Assembly (NCBI GenBank): GCA_027064515.1 | Contig: JAMOPL010000153.1 | Span: 6,125 to 70,124 of the forward strand | DNA: 64,000 nt | Direction: 5' to 3' | From: Sulfurimonas sp. | GTDB taxonomy: Bacteria; Campylobacterota; Campylobacteria; Campylobacterales; Sulfurimonadaceae | Part shown: positions 1 through 9,057 of the stretch, in pieces | Layout: each line of letters begins with the position of its first letter | How positions within the stretch are numbered: the stretch's first letter is position 1 | Translations under genes and position numbers: made by a program | The notes under the pieces: model-generated | What the model saw: the letters and a program-made list of their open reading frames with translations, nothing else | Databases searched by the model: none | Told to the model about the DNA's origin: nothing

Positions 1-469
1 TTTGGTTGTAAAATGATTGTATAGAGCAGTAAGAGCAGTCAAACCCACAACTCTCAACAGCATCAAGAGTTAGTAGGTTACAACATCTTGTTTTTTCACT
101 AGCAACAGGACAAAGACCTAAACCAAAACCATTTTTTTCCTCTGTTTTAAAACTGTACTTTTGTTCCGTAGGTATGTTTTTTAATTCAAAATCATTATAA
201 TTATTTGGTGTATTTCTTATAGTTTCATAAGCTTTTTTAAGTCTAGTAAAAACCACTTTTTTTTGATTATGGCTAGGAAAAATCTCTACTATATTTTTTT
301 CATTCCACATCCCTAAATCTCTAGCAATATCTATGATTTGTTTTAACTCTTGATGAGTAAATTTTAGTTCAAAAGACCTCTTTTTTATGAACTCTTGTTC
401 ATTTTCTGGTAGCTTATAAAAAAAGCTATTTTTTATAGAGTTTTCAAATTTTTCTTCGTATAAATTCAT
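1..469 (-). CDS. Radical SAM protein, spore photoproduct lyase-like family (partial; 3' end runs off the window)
   Basis: Manual translation from ATG at 469: MNLYEEKFENSIKNSFFYKLP...GLGLCPVASEKTRCCNLLTLDAVESCGFDCSYCSIQSFY. Contains the CxxxCxxC radical SAM motif. Not in the ORF track because it is truncated. Confidence 0.8.
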   Translation of the reverse strand, partial: MNLYEEKFENSIKNSFFYKLPENEQEFIKKRSFELKFTHQELKQIIDIARDLGMWNEKNIVEIFPSHNQKKVVFTRLKKAYETIRNTPNNYNDFELKNIPTEQKYSFKTEEKNGFGLGLCPVASEKTRCCNLLTLDAVESCGFDCSYCSIQSFYNQ

Positions 470-499
470 TTAGTAATTCCGATGTTTTAATATGTGGAT

Positions 500-508
500 A
501 TTGTAGCA
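500..508 (-). promoter_or_regulatory. Extended -10 promoter (TGCTACAAT) for the radical SAM gene
   Basis: Reverse complement of attgtagca gives TGnTACAAT, about 30 nt upstream of the ATG; typical Campylobacterota RpoD promoter. Confidence 0.5.
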
Positions 509-667
509 TATAAATAATAGTGCTAAAGTTTATTTTATTCTTTATCTTGTGTTAAAAATAATATTTTAAATAATATTTTTTTGATAAACAACCAAAAATC
601 CTTTTCAGTCATCTATTAATATAATTTTTGTATAATCGAAACAATCTATATATAAAGGATAGTTTCT

Positions 668-961
668 ATGGAAATTATAGGTCAATTATTACCGTTTATT
701 TTTTTAATCGCAATCATGTATTTCGTGATTATTCGTCCACAACAAAAAGAGGCTCAAGCTTTAAAAGAGATGCATTCAGCTCTTAAAAAGGGTGATAAGG
801 TTGTTACAAATGGTGGCTTTATCGTTGTTATTCATAAAGTTGAAGAGAATTTTTTAAGTGTAAAAATGAACAATGATGTTGTTGTAAAGATTACTAAAGA
901 AGCTATCTCTAGAAAGTATGAGGATATTATCTCTGAGAGTGAATCGAATGGGAAAGCTTAA
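668..961 (+). CDS. yajC: Preprotein translocase subunit YajC
   Basis: N-terminal TM, IRPQQK, LKKGDKVVTNGG; directly upstream of secDF. Confidence 0.95.
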   Translation: MEIIGQLLPFIFLIAIMYFVIIRPQQKEAQALKEMHSALKKGDKVVTNGGFIVVIHKVEENFLSVKMNNDVVVKITKEAISRKYEDIISESESNGKA

Positions 962-2516
962 TTATCGTATAGTTATTTTTTCATTAGCGATAGTTTTTGG
1001 TATTTTCTTTTCTGTTCCATCTCTGTTTCAATTGCAAGATGGAAAAAAAGTTACCTTAGGTCTTGACCTTCAAGGTGGTTTGCATATGCTTTTAGGTGTA
1101 AAAACTGAAGAAGCAACTAAATCTCGTATAAAATCAATCACTGCAAGTATCAAGCGTTTTAGTGATAGAAAAGATATTTTAATAGATGAACTAAAGTTTG
1201 ATGAATCTTCTGTATCTTTTGCACTTTTAGATGCTGACGATACAAAGCAGATGAAAGAGTATTTAGCAGAGATAGATGGTGCAAAAATATCTGTAAATGG
1301 CGAAGTATTTTCTTTAATTTTAACAAATGAAGAGATAGCTAAAACAGAAGAAGAGGCTGTTGACCAAGCGATAGAGACTATTAGAAATAGACTTGATCAG
1401 TTTGGATTAGCAGAACCTGTTGTTGCTCGTCAAGGTAAAGATAAGATTCTTGTTCAACTTGCTGGAATTAAAACTGCTGAGGATGAGCAAAGAGCAAGAG
1501 AGCTTATTTCTCGTGCTGCTAAATTAGAACTTATGGCTGTTGATGAAGATAGATTTGCTCGTGTTAATAATATGAGTGATAGCGATGCAGCAGAGTATGG
1601 TGATGTGATTTTAGCAGATGCTAAACACCCAGCTATTAAATATCTTGTTAAAGAGATTCCTATTCTTGATGGAAATATGCTTACAGATGCCTCTGTGGGA
1701 TTTGACAAAAATAACAGACCTTTAATTAACTTTAAGTTAAATGCAGAGGGTGCTGAGATTTTTGGTGATTTTACTGGTAAAAATGTTGGTAAAAGACTTG
1801 CTGTTGTTTTAGATGGAAAAGTTTATTCAGCTCCAAATATCAATGAGAGAATCGGTGGTGGTTCTGGTCAAATATCTGGAAATTATACTGTTATGGAAGC
1901 AAAAGATTTATCTATTGCACTTCGTTCAGGTGCTTTACTCGCTCCAATCTATTTAATGGAAAAGCGTTCTGTTGGACCTAGTTTAGGTGCTGATTCTATT
2001 AAAGCTAGTATGGTTGCACTTATAGGTGGTTTTATTTTAGTTATTATCTTTATGGTGGTTTATTATAGACTTGCTGGAATCATTGCAAATATTGCTTTAG
2101 TTGCGAATTTATTTATAATTTTGGCTGTGATGAGTTTGTTTGGTGCAACTCTTACACTCCCTGGTATGGCTGGAATTGTTTTAACAGTTGGTATGGCTGT
2201 TGATGCTAATGTTATTATCTCTGAGAGAATTAGAGAGTTGATTTATGAGGGTAAATCGATGCATAGGGCTATTGAAGATGGCTATTCAAATGCAATGAGA
2301 GCGATTTTAGATGCGAACATAACTACTCTAATAGCAGCTGTTGTTTTATATGTTTATGGAACAGGTGCAATTAAAGGTTTTGCTATTACGATAAGTATAG
2401 GAATTTTAGCATCTATGATAACTGCTATTTTAGGTACTCAGGGAATTTATCAGATGCTTGAGAGTAAGATTCAAAAAAGTAAAAATAACCGTTTGTGGTT
2501 TGGGATTAAGGGGTAA
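948..2516 (+). CDS. secD: Protein translocase subunit SecD
   Basis: LGLDLQGG, RNRLDQFG, VGPSLG, GMAVDANV and DANITT motifs; ATG at 948 preferred over 918. Confidence 0.97.
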   Translation: MGKLNYRIVIFSLAIVFGIFFSVPSLFQLQDGKKVTLGLDLQGGLHMLLGVKTEEATKSRIKSITASIKRFSDRKDILIDELKFDESSVSFALLDADDTKQMKEYLAEIDGAKISVNGEVFSLILTNEEIAKTEEEAVDQAIETIRNRLDQFGLAEPVVARQGKDKILVQLAGIKTAEDEQRARELISRAAKLELMAVDEDRFARVNNMSDSDAAEYGDVILADAKHPAIKYLVKEIPILDGNMLTDASVGFDKNNRPLINFKLNAEGAEIFGDFTGKNVGKRLAVVLDGKVYSAPNINERIGGGSGQISGNYTVMEAKDLSIALRSGALLAPIYLMEKRSVGPSLGADSIKASMVALIGGFILVIIFMVVYYRLAGIIANIALVANLFIILAVMSLFGATLTLPGMAGIVLTVGMAVDANVIISERIRELIYEGKSMHRAIEDGYSNAMRAILDANITTLIAAVVLYVYGTGAIKGFAITISIGILASMITAILGTQGIYQMLESKIQKSKNNRLWFGIKG

Positions 2517-2518
2517 TT

Positions 2519-3490
2519 ATGGAATTTTTTAGATATACAAAAACCTTTAATTTTATGGGTAAATCTAAAATAGCGATGGTTTTATCTATTGTTTTACTTT
2601 TAGGTTCTTATTTACTTCTTGCTACTAAAGGTCTAAACTATGGTGTTGACTTTGCTGGTGGAACAATTGTTCAAGTGAAGTATGATACAGTAGCTCCTAT
2701 TGACACGATGCGTGAAAAGTTGAAGTCTAATGAGATTTTTGCTGGTGCAACAATTACTGAATTTGGTTCTCCAGATGAGGTGGTGATTCGTATGAAAACT
2801 ACTACTGGTAATGTTACTGTTGATGTTGGTGATATAACTAGAGAATCGTTAAAAGGGACTGGTAACTATGAGATTCGTCGTGTAGATATTGTTGGTCCAA
2901 CTGTTGGTGCTGAGTTAAAAGAGAAAGGGATAATGTCTTTACTTTTAGCGATTATAGGGATTCTTATATATGTTGCATTTAGATTTGAGTGGCGTTTTGC
3001 TGTTGCTTCTATCTTTGCACTTATTCATGATATATCCATCGCTCTTGGTGCAATAACTCTTGTTGGTTTAGATGTAAATCTTGATGTTTTAGCAGCGTTA
3101 CTTACAATTTTAGGATACTCTTTAAATGATACTATTATCGTTTTTGACCGTATTCGTGAGGGTGTTTCTGGTTCTAAAAAAACAGATTTAACTGATATAG
3201 TAAATGAATCAGTTACTCGTACATTAGCGAGAACAACTTTAACTTCACTAACAACTTTCTTTGTTGTATTTACACTATTTATGTTTGGTGGTGAGATTAT
3301 CCATGCATTTGCATTTACACTTTTAGTGGGTGTAGTTGTTGGTACATACTCATCTATTTTTGTTGCTTCACCGATTCTTATCTGGTTTGGTTTTGATGTG
3401 AAAAATTATCATGTTAAATTAGCTCAAAAAGCGAAAAGAGAAGCAGAAAAACAAAGAATGAGAGATCAGTACGAATCTGGAGTTATGTAG
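2519..3490 (+). CDS. secF: Protein translocase subunit SecF
   Basis: GVDFAGG, VGPTVG, GYSLNDTIIVFDRIRE, GTYSSIFVA. Confidence 0.97.
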   Translation: MEFFRYTKTFNFMGKSKIAMVLSIVLLLGSYLLLATKGLNYGVDFAGGTIVQVKYDTVAPIDTMREKLKSNEIFAGATITEFGSPDEVVIRMKTTTGNVTVDVGDITRESLKGTGNYEIRRVDIVGPTVGAELKEKGIMSLLLAIIGILIYVAFRFEWRFAVASIFALIHDISIALGAITLVGLDVNLDVLAALLTILGYSLNDTIIVFDRIREGVSGSKKTDLTDIVNESVTRTLARTTLTSLTTFFVVFTLFMFGGEIIHAFAFTLLVGVVVGTYSSIFVASPILIWFGFDVKNYHVKLAQKAKREAEKQRMRDQYESGVM

Positions 3491-3522
3491 ATAACTCTTT
3501 TAAATTTATAATAGGAAATAAA

Positions 3523-4017
3523 ATGAAATTTGTAAGTATAGTAATGGGTTCTAAAAGTGATTATGAGGTGATGAAATCGTGTTCAGATACATTTGAAGCG
3601 TTTGGTGTTAATTATGAATTAATTATCTCCTCTGCTCACCGTTCTCCAGAGAGAACAGCACAGTATATTGCTGAAGCTGAGAAAAAAGGTGCTCAAGTAT
3701 TTATCGCTGCTGCTGGTATGGCTGCACACTTAGCTGGTGTTTTATCTTCTAAAACTGTTAAGCCTATTATCGGTGTTCCTATGTCTGCTTCTGCTTTAAG
3801 TGGAATCGATGCTCTTTTATCAACTGTTCAGATGCCAGCTGGAATGCCAGTTGCTACTGTTGCAATAGGAAAAGCTGGAGCAATCAACTCAGCATATTTA
3901 GCTATGCAGATGTTAGCTCTTGATAATGAAGAGTTATCTATTAAACTAAAAGAAGATAGAATCGCAAAAGCTAAAAAAGTTGAGATGGATTCTTTAGAGA
4001 TAGAAACAATTTTATAG
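3523..4017 (+). CDS. purE: N5-carboxyaminoimidazole ribonucleotide mutase
   Basis: MGSKSD, SAHRSP, AGMAAHL, VQMPAGMPVATVAI. Confidence 0.97.
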   Translation: MKFVSIVMGSKSDYEVMKSCSDTFEAFGVNYELIISSAHRSPERTAQYIAEAEKKGAQVFIAAAGMAAHLAGVLSSKTVKPIIGVPMSASALSGIDALLSTVQMPAGMPVATVAIGKAGAINSAYLAMQMLALDNEELSIKLKEDRIAKAKKVEMDSLEIETIL

Positions 4018-4032
4018 TGTAGGGGAGAAGTT

Positions 4033-4506
4033 ATGAAGTGGATGAGTAATGAAGAGTATATGGAATTAACAGGTCTTGAGATAGAGGCTATCGATAAACT
4101 TTGCGAAAGGGGTAAACTTACCTCTAAAGTTGAAGATGGTGTAAGATATATTGATCCATCTCAAGGGATAAATACTGTTGTTCCTGCTAAACTCAAAGAG
4201 TTATCAGAACGAAACACTTCAGAGATGTTAGTACAACCACAATTTGTTGAAAAAACAATAGGTACTATCATCAACCTACATGAAAAAGTTTTAGATGCAA
4301 AAGATGAAACTCTTGATGCAGTAAGAGTTGAAAATGAGTTTCTTAGAGAAGCTCTACACTCTCTTCAAGAACTATATGATGAAGATAGAAAAACAATACA
4401 TACACTTCAAGAGCAATTAAAACTTTCTCAACAAGATGTTGAATTTATGAGAAGAAAATATAAATTGATGTGGAATAAAGCGATTGATGAGCATACTGAT
4501 TCATAA
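4033..4506 (+). CDS. DUF3972-like protein (N-terminal HTH-like segment plus coiled coil)
   Basis: FVEKTIGTIINLHEKVLDAKDETL...RKYKLMW; conserved position between purE and glyQ in Campylobacterota. Confidence 0.75.
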   Translation: MKWMSNEEYMELTGLEIEAIDKLCERGKLTSKVEDGVRYIDPSQGINTVVPAKLKELSERNTSEMLVQPQFVEKTIGTIINLHEKVLDAKDETLDAVRVENEFLREALHSLQELYDEDRKTIHTLQEQLKLSQQDVEFMRRKYKLMWNKAIDEHTDS

Positions 4507-5363
4507 TGTATATAGATGAAGTATGTGTTGGTTGCATAATAAACCAAAGTGTAAAAGTTGCTGATGCTATTGGTGCTTCTGAAGAGTTGTCAGATAAACT
4601 AATCTCTAGTGTTGAAAAAATGAGTAAAGATTTCTCATTTGCAGATACTCCTCCTGAAATAGCATCTTATGTTTATGAAAAGATGTCTCTTATAGCAGGT
4701 AAAGAAGATTTGTATGATAAGCAAAAGAGAGATTCAACAAAAAAAGCACTTTCATTTGTTCCTCTTTTAAAAAATAAAATAAAAGATTCTGATAATAAAC
4801 TTCTAACAGCAACAAAAATTGCAGTAGCTGGGAATGTTATTGATTTGGCTGCTGAATTTGAGTTTGACTTAGAAGATGAGTTAAATAAAATATTTGATAC
4901 TCAGTTTGGGATTGATGATTTAAAAAAATTAGAGGAAGAACTAAGAGTTGCTAAAAGTGTAGTTATTCTTGGAGATAATGTTGGGGAGCATATATTTGAT
5001 TATATGTTTATTCAAACATTAAAAGAGTTATATAGTGATGTTAATTTCATATATATGGTTAGAGGTTGTCCAATAATCAATGATGTAACAATGAAAGAGG
5101 CTAAAGAGGCTAAGTTTGATGAGCTTTGTGATTTAGTAGATAGTGGTGTGAATACTCCTGGATTTGCATATTCTCGTGCTTTTGAAGATGCTAAGTTACT
5201 TTTTGATGATGCTGATTTGGTAATTAGCAAGGGGATGGGAAATTATGAATCTTTGAGTCCATCCCATAGAGAAAATATATGTTTTTTACTAAAGGTAAAG
5301 TGTGGAGTTGTAGCAAGTTCACTTGGTAAAGAGGTGGGCGATATAGTCTGCAAAATGGTATAA
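4506..5363 (+). CDS. DUF89/ARMT1-like damage-control metal-dependent phosphatase
   Basis: CxxC near the N-terminus, AGNVID, GDNVGE, PIINDVT, SKGMGNYE, LLKVKC. Confidence 0.88.
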   Translation: MYIDEVCVGCIINQSVKVADAIGASEELSDKLISSVEKMSKDFSFADTPPEIASYVYEKMSLIAGKEDLYDKQKRDSTKKALSFVPLLKNKIKDSDNKLLTATKIAVAGNVIDLAAEFEFDLEDELNKIFDTQFGIDDLKKLEEELRVAKSVVILGDNVGEHIFDYMFIQTLKELYSDVNFIYMVRGCPIINDVTMKEAKEAKFDELCDLVDSGVNTPGFAYSRAFEDAKLLFDDADLVISKGMGNYESLSPSHRENICFLLKVKCGVVASSLGKEVGDIVCKMV

Positions 5364-5388
5364 TACAAAAATAATATAAAGGTAAAAA

Positions 5389-6270
5389 ATGATAACTTTT
5401 AGTGAAATGTTACTAAAACTACAAGAGTTTTGGATGAAGGAGGGTTGTAATATTGTTCAGCCTTATGATATACCAGCAGGTGCTGGTACTTTTCATCCAG
5501 CTACTTTTCTTCGTTCATTAGATTCTACTCCTTGGGCTACTGCTTATGTAGCTCCATCAAGAAGACCAACAGATGGAAGATATGGTGAGAATCCAAATAG
5601 ACTTGGGTCTTATTATCAGTTTCAGGCACTTATAAAACCATCTCCTGATAATATTCAAGAGCTTTATCTAAAATCTTTAGAATTTTTAGGTCTTGATGTT
5701 TCACAACACGATATTCGTTTTGTAGAGGATAACTGGGAATCTCCAACACTTGGTGCTTGGGGTCTTGGTTGGGAAGTTTGGTTAAACGGTATGGAAGTAA
5801 CTCAGTTTACTTATTTTCAACAAGTTGGTGGGATTGAGTGTAATCCTGTTGCAGTTGAGATAACTTACGGAACAGAAAGACTTGCGATGTATTTACAAGG
5901 TGTTGATAATATTTTTGACATTGTTTGGAATGAGAATGAGCATGGAAAAACTTACTATCGTGATGTTCATAAAGAGAGTGAGATACAGTTCTCAAAATAC
6001 AACTTTGAAGTAGCAGATGTTGATATGCTTTTTGCAGAATTTAATGCAAAAAGTGAAGAGTGTTTAAAAACAATAGAAGCAGGTTTACCTCTTCCTGCTT
6101 ATGATTTATGTATGATGGCATCAAATACTTTTAATGTTTTAGATGCTAGAAAAGCTATCTCACAAACAGAGAGACAAAACTATATACTTAAGATTCGTGA
6201 ATTATCAAAAGCTTGTGCTGAACTTTATAAAGCTCAAGAGGAAGATAGAATTAAAAGGGTAAAAGCTTAA
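5389..6270 (+). CDS. glyQ: Glycine--tRNA ligase alpha subunit
   Basis: [51 protein letters not shown]. Confidence 0.98.
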   Translation: MITFSEMLLKLQEFWMKEGCNIVQPYDIPAGAGTFHPATFLRSLDSTPWATAYVAPSRRPTDGRYGENPNRLGSYYQFQALIKPSPDNIQELYLKSLEFLGLDVSQHDIRFVEDNWESPTLGAWGLGWEVWLNGMEVTQFTYFQQVGGIECNPVAVEITYGTERLAMYLQGVDNIFDIVWNENEHGKTYYRDVHKESEIQFSKYNFEVADVDMLFAEFNAKSEECLKTIEAGLPLPAYDLCMMASNTFNVLDARKAISQTERQNYILKIRELSKACAELYKAQEEDRIKRVKA

Positions 6271-6275
6271 AATAT

Positions 6276-6301
6276 TTTACCAGTTAAGTTTAACTGGTAA
6301 A
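6276..6301 (+). terminator. Stem-loop after glyQ, probable intrinsic terminator
   Basis: tttaccagttaa-gt-ttaactggtaaa perfect inverted repeat just after the stop codon. Confidence 0.7.
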
Positions 6302-6337
6302 TCCCCTCCCATATAAAAAATCAAGAGAAAATTTAAA

Positions 6338-6991
6338 ATGAAAGTTCTAATAGTTGAAGATGATATACAATTAAATACAACAATAAAAAGATTTTTAGAG
6401 TTACAAAATAATAATGTAGAATCTACACTTGATGGAGCAGAAGCTATATTATTAATCGATTCTAATAAATATGATATATATATTATAGATATAAATCTTC
6501 CAAATATAAGTGGTTTAGAGATAGTAAAGTATATAAGACAAAAAGATATAAATACTCCAATAATTATAATAACAGCCTCTTTAGAAGTTGATAATTTTGT
6601 GCAGGCTTATGATAATGGTTGTAGTGAATATATAAAAAAACCATTTCATCTCAAAGAGTTAGAGATTCGTATGAATCATCTCTTGGAGATAAAAAAAATA
6701 GATATTCTTACTATCTCTAATGATATTACATATAATTTTGAATTTAGAGAGTTAAAAATAAGAGGTAAGGTTGTTAAACTTAGGAAAAAGGTAAATAGAT
6801 TATTGTATATTTTACTCAAAAATATTAATCACACTGTAAAAACAGAGGATATAATAAATTATGTTTGGGAGAATGAGATTAAAGAGAACTATTCCTTAAG
6901 ACAGCATATTGCTGAATTAAGAAAAGAGTTTATGTTAGATAAAAATCATATAGTTTCAGAAGTTGGTGTTGGGTATAAATTTGAAGTATAA
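6338..6991 (+). CDS. OmpR-family two-component response regulator
   Basis: Receiver domain (VEDD, IIDINLP, ITA, KPF) and winged helix ending VGVGYKF. Confidence 0.92.
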   Translation: MKVLIVEDDIQLNTTIKRFLELQNNNVESTLDGAEAILLIDSNKYDIYIIDINLPNISGLEIVKYIRQKDINTPIIIITASLEVDNFVQAYDNGCSEYIKKPFHLKELEIRMNHLLEIKKIDILTISNDITYNFEFRELKIRGKVVKLRKKVNRLLYILLKNINHTVKTEDIINYVWENEIKENYSLRQHIAELRKEFMLDKNHIVSEVGVGYKFEV

Positions 6992-8252
6992 AAAAATATT
7001 TGATTTTGGTTTTGATATTAAGAATCCAGATTACAATATTCCTAAATTTGCTTTAATATGTATTATCTCATTAATATTTATATTAATATTCTTTAGTTTT
7101 ATAAATTTTACAATAAACAACAACAAATCATTAGCTTTTATAGAACTTTTTTTATCAATAATAGCATTTGGGGTAGTGGTATATTATAAAAAATATAAAA
7201 ATATAGAAAGTTTTTTACTTGCTACTACAACATTGATTTTTATTGTAACTATTACTTTTTATTTTAATAGTGCTAAAACATTGTTCTCATCTGTGTGGTT
7301 GTTCTTTTTTCCATTAAGTGTATTTTTACTAAATGGTTTAAAAATAGGAAAAGTTTTTACAATAGTATATGTTTCAATCATAATAGTTGATACATATAAC
7401 AATATTGGGGTATATACTAATTTTGTAAGTTTTTTGAATCTTAGTGTAGGATTAGTTTTATTTTCAATCTTGGCATACTTTTTTGAGCATAATAGAAAAG
7501 AAGCTTTTAATAAGATGGTGTCTAAAAATAATGAGTTAGTATCAATCTCTAATGAAAATATCCAGCTTTTAAAATCCTTAAAAAATGAAGTAGAACTCAA
7601 TGAGAATCTTTTAAAAGAAAATAAAAGATTTATAGCAGATACTGTACATCAAATTAGAACACCATTGAGTAATATTATGATGAATAGTGATATGATAAGG
7701 ATAGTTCAAAAAGATGAATCTGCAAATGAGTTTATAGACCAAATAGACGCTTCAATAAATATGCTGACAAACTCTTATGAAGATTTATCATATATTACTT
7801 CCCATGATTCAATTATATATAATCCTACAAGTTTATGTTTAAGTGATATTCTAAATGAAAGAATCTTGTTTTTTTCAACTATTGCTAAAGTAAATAAAAA
7901 AAATATTTTATCTAATATAGATGAAAATATAAAATTTACTATAAATCAAATAGAGCTAGAGAGACTGATAGATAATAATATCTCTAATGCTATTAAATAT
8001 GCTAGTGTAGATAAATTTATAACTATTGATATGATAAAGCACAACAGTATTATAGAACTTTGTTTTTGTTCATTTGGAGATTCTATAAAAGATAGTTCAA
8101 GATTATTCGAAAAAAATTATAGAGAAAATGAGAGTAAAAGAGGCTTAGGAATTGGTTTAAATATGGTGAAGTCAATTTGTGAAAAGTATAATATTTTATA
8201 TGAAGTTTCTTATAAAAAGAAGCAAAATATTTTTAGATATAAATTTAGATAG
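6963..8252 (+). CDS. Membrane sensor histidine kinase with a multi-TM N-terminus (start may be TTG at 6981)
   Basis: 5-6 hydrophobic segments, H-box FIADTVHQIRTPL, N-box NNISNAIKY, G2 box GLGIGL; overlaps the regulator's stop codon. Confidence 0.88.
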   Translation: MVLGINLKYKKIFDFGFDIKNPDYNIPKFALICIISLIFILIFFSFINFTINNNKSLAFIELFLSIIAFGVVVYYKKYKNIESFLLATTTLIFIVTITFYFNSAKTLFSSVWLFFFPLSVFLLNGLKIGKVFTIVYVSIIIVDTYNNIGVYTNFVSFLNLSVGLVLFSILAYFFEHNRKEAFNKMVSKNNELVSISNENIQLLKSLKNEVELNENLLKENKRFIADTVHQIRTPLSNIMMNSDMIRIVQKDESANEFIDQIDASINMLTNSYEDLSYITSHDSIIYNPTSLCLSDILNERILFFSTIAKVNKKNILSNIDENIKFTINQIELERLIDNNISNAIKYASVDKFITIDMIKHNSIIELCFCSFGDSIKDSSRLFEKNYRENESKRGLGIGLNMVKSICEKYNILYEVSYKKKQNIFRYKFR

Positions 8253-8369
8253 TGTTAAATTGTATCATTTATAGTTAGATAATAAAATATTGTTAGTAAT
8301 ATTTGAGAATCTTACATAAATGTGACATTATTGATGTATTATCATTTTAATTAAAACAAGGAATATAAT

Positions 8370-8867
8370 ATGGCATTTGGAAGTTTTTTAGACAAAGCAA
8401 AAGATTCTGCAAACGCAGCAGCAGATAAAGCAAAAGATTCAGCAAACGCAGCAGCAGATAAAGCAAAAGATTCTGCAAATAAAGCAAAAGATTCTGCAAA
8501 TAGTGCTGTAAGTGTAGCAACTGAAAAAGCTGGAAATATAAGTGGTTTAATATCAAGCATGATTGATGATATTAATGCAGCATTACCAGTTCTAAGTGAT
8601 AATGGTTATAAAATGAATGAGTTTGAAATGGAATTAGGTCTAATTCCAAGTTTTAAACCACATTTTGTAATCTCTGAGGAGTTAACTGAAGAGAAACAGG
8701 TAAAGATTTTAGCAGCACTTGAAGGTAATAAAGTAGCTACTCTTTTAGTTAAATCATTAGCTCAAGCAGCAGAACTTCAAAAAACTATTAAAGTTGGAAA
8801 TCTTAAGTTTGCAGAGGTTGAAATTGAAGCAAGTTTACCACCAAAAGTTACTTTAAAATTTCAATAG
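8370..8867 (+). CDS. Hypothetical protein with N-terminal LEA-like 11-mer repeats and a compact C-terminal domain
   Basis: AAGGA RBS; DKAKDSANAAA repeats; followed by a terminator. Confidence 0.8.
   Translation: MAFGSFLDKAKDSANAAADKAKDSANAAADKAKDSANKAKDSANSAVSVATEKAGNISGLISSMIDDINAALPVLSDNGYKMNEFEMELGLIPSFKPHFVISEELTEEKQVKILAALEGNKVATLLVKSLAQAAELQKTIKVGNLKFAEVEIEASLPPKVTLKFQ
8391..8501 (+). repeat. Intragenic tandem repeat (33-nt unit x2 plus two truncated copies)
   Basis: ga(c/t)aaagcaaaagattc(t/a)gcaaacgcagcagca at 8391 and 8424; shorter copies at 8457 and 8481. Confidence 0.9.
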
Positions 8868-8880
8868 TTAATTAACAAAG

Positions 8881-8917
8881 TATGTAAATAGTTTTATTTA
8901 ATAAGGCTATATACATA
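8881..8917 (+). terminator. Stem-loop after the LEA-like gene
   Basis: tatgta-a-atagttttat / ataaggctat-a-tacata imperfect inverted repeat with G-U pairs. Confidence 0.55.
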
Positions 8918-9057
8918 TACAAATCCGTTTTTGTCAATGATAAAAATTATAGTATAAATCTCTCTTGAATAATAACTAATCACATATTATACTTTTTCTT
9001 TTCAAATACATATTTATAAAATTTATTTAGATAATTTTTAGTAAGGGGTAATTATTT

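Noticed and set aside
918-947. Longer secD start given by the ORF track
   Set aside because: It overlaps yajC deeply; ATG 948 gives a normal SecD N-terminus
8391-8501. 33-nt direct repeats considered as a CRISPR array
   Set aside because: The repeats are contiguous with no spacers, in frame within a CDS, and no cas genes are present
8347-8560. Two minus-strand ORFs with repetitive LLLYLQN / FAESFAL sequences
   Set aside because: Antisense shadows of the 33-nt repeat in the + strand gene, which has the RBS and a plausible product
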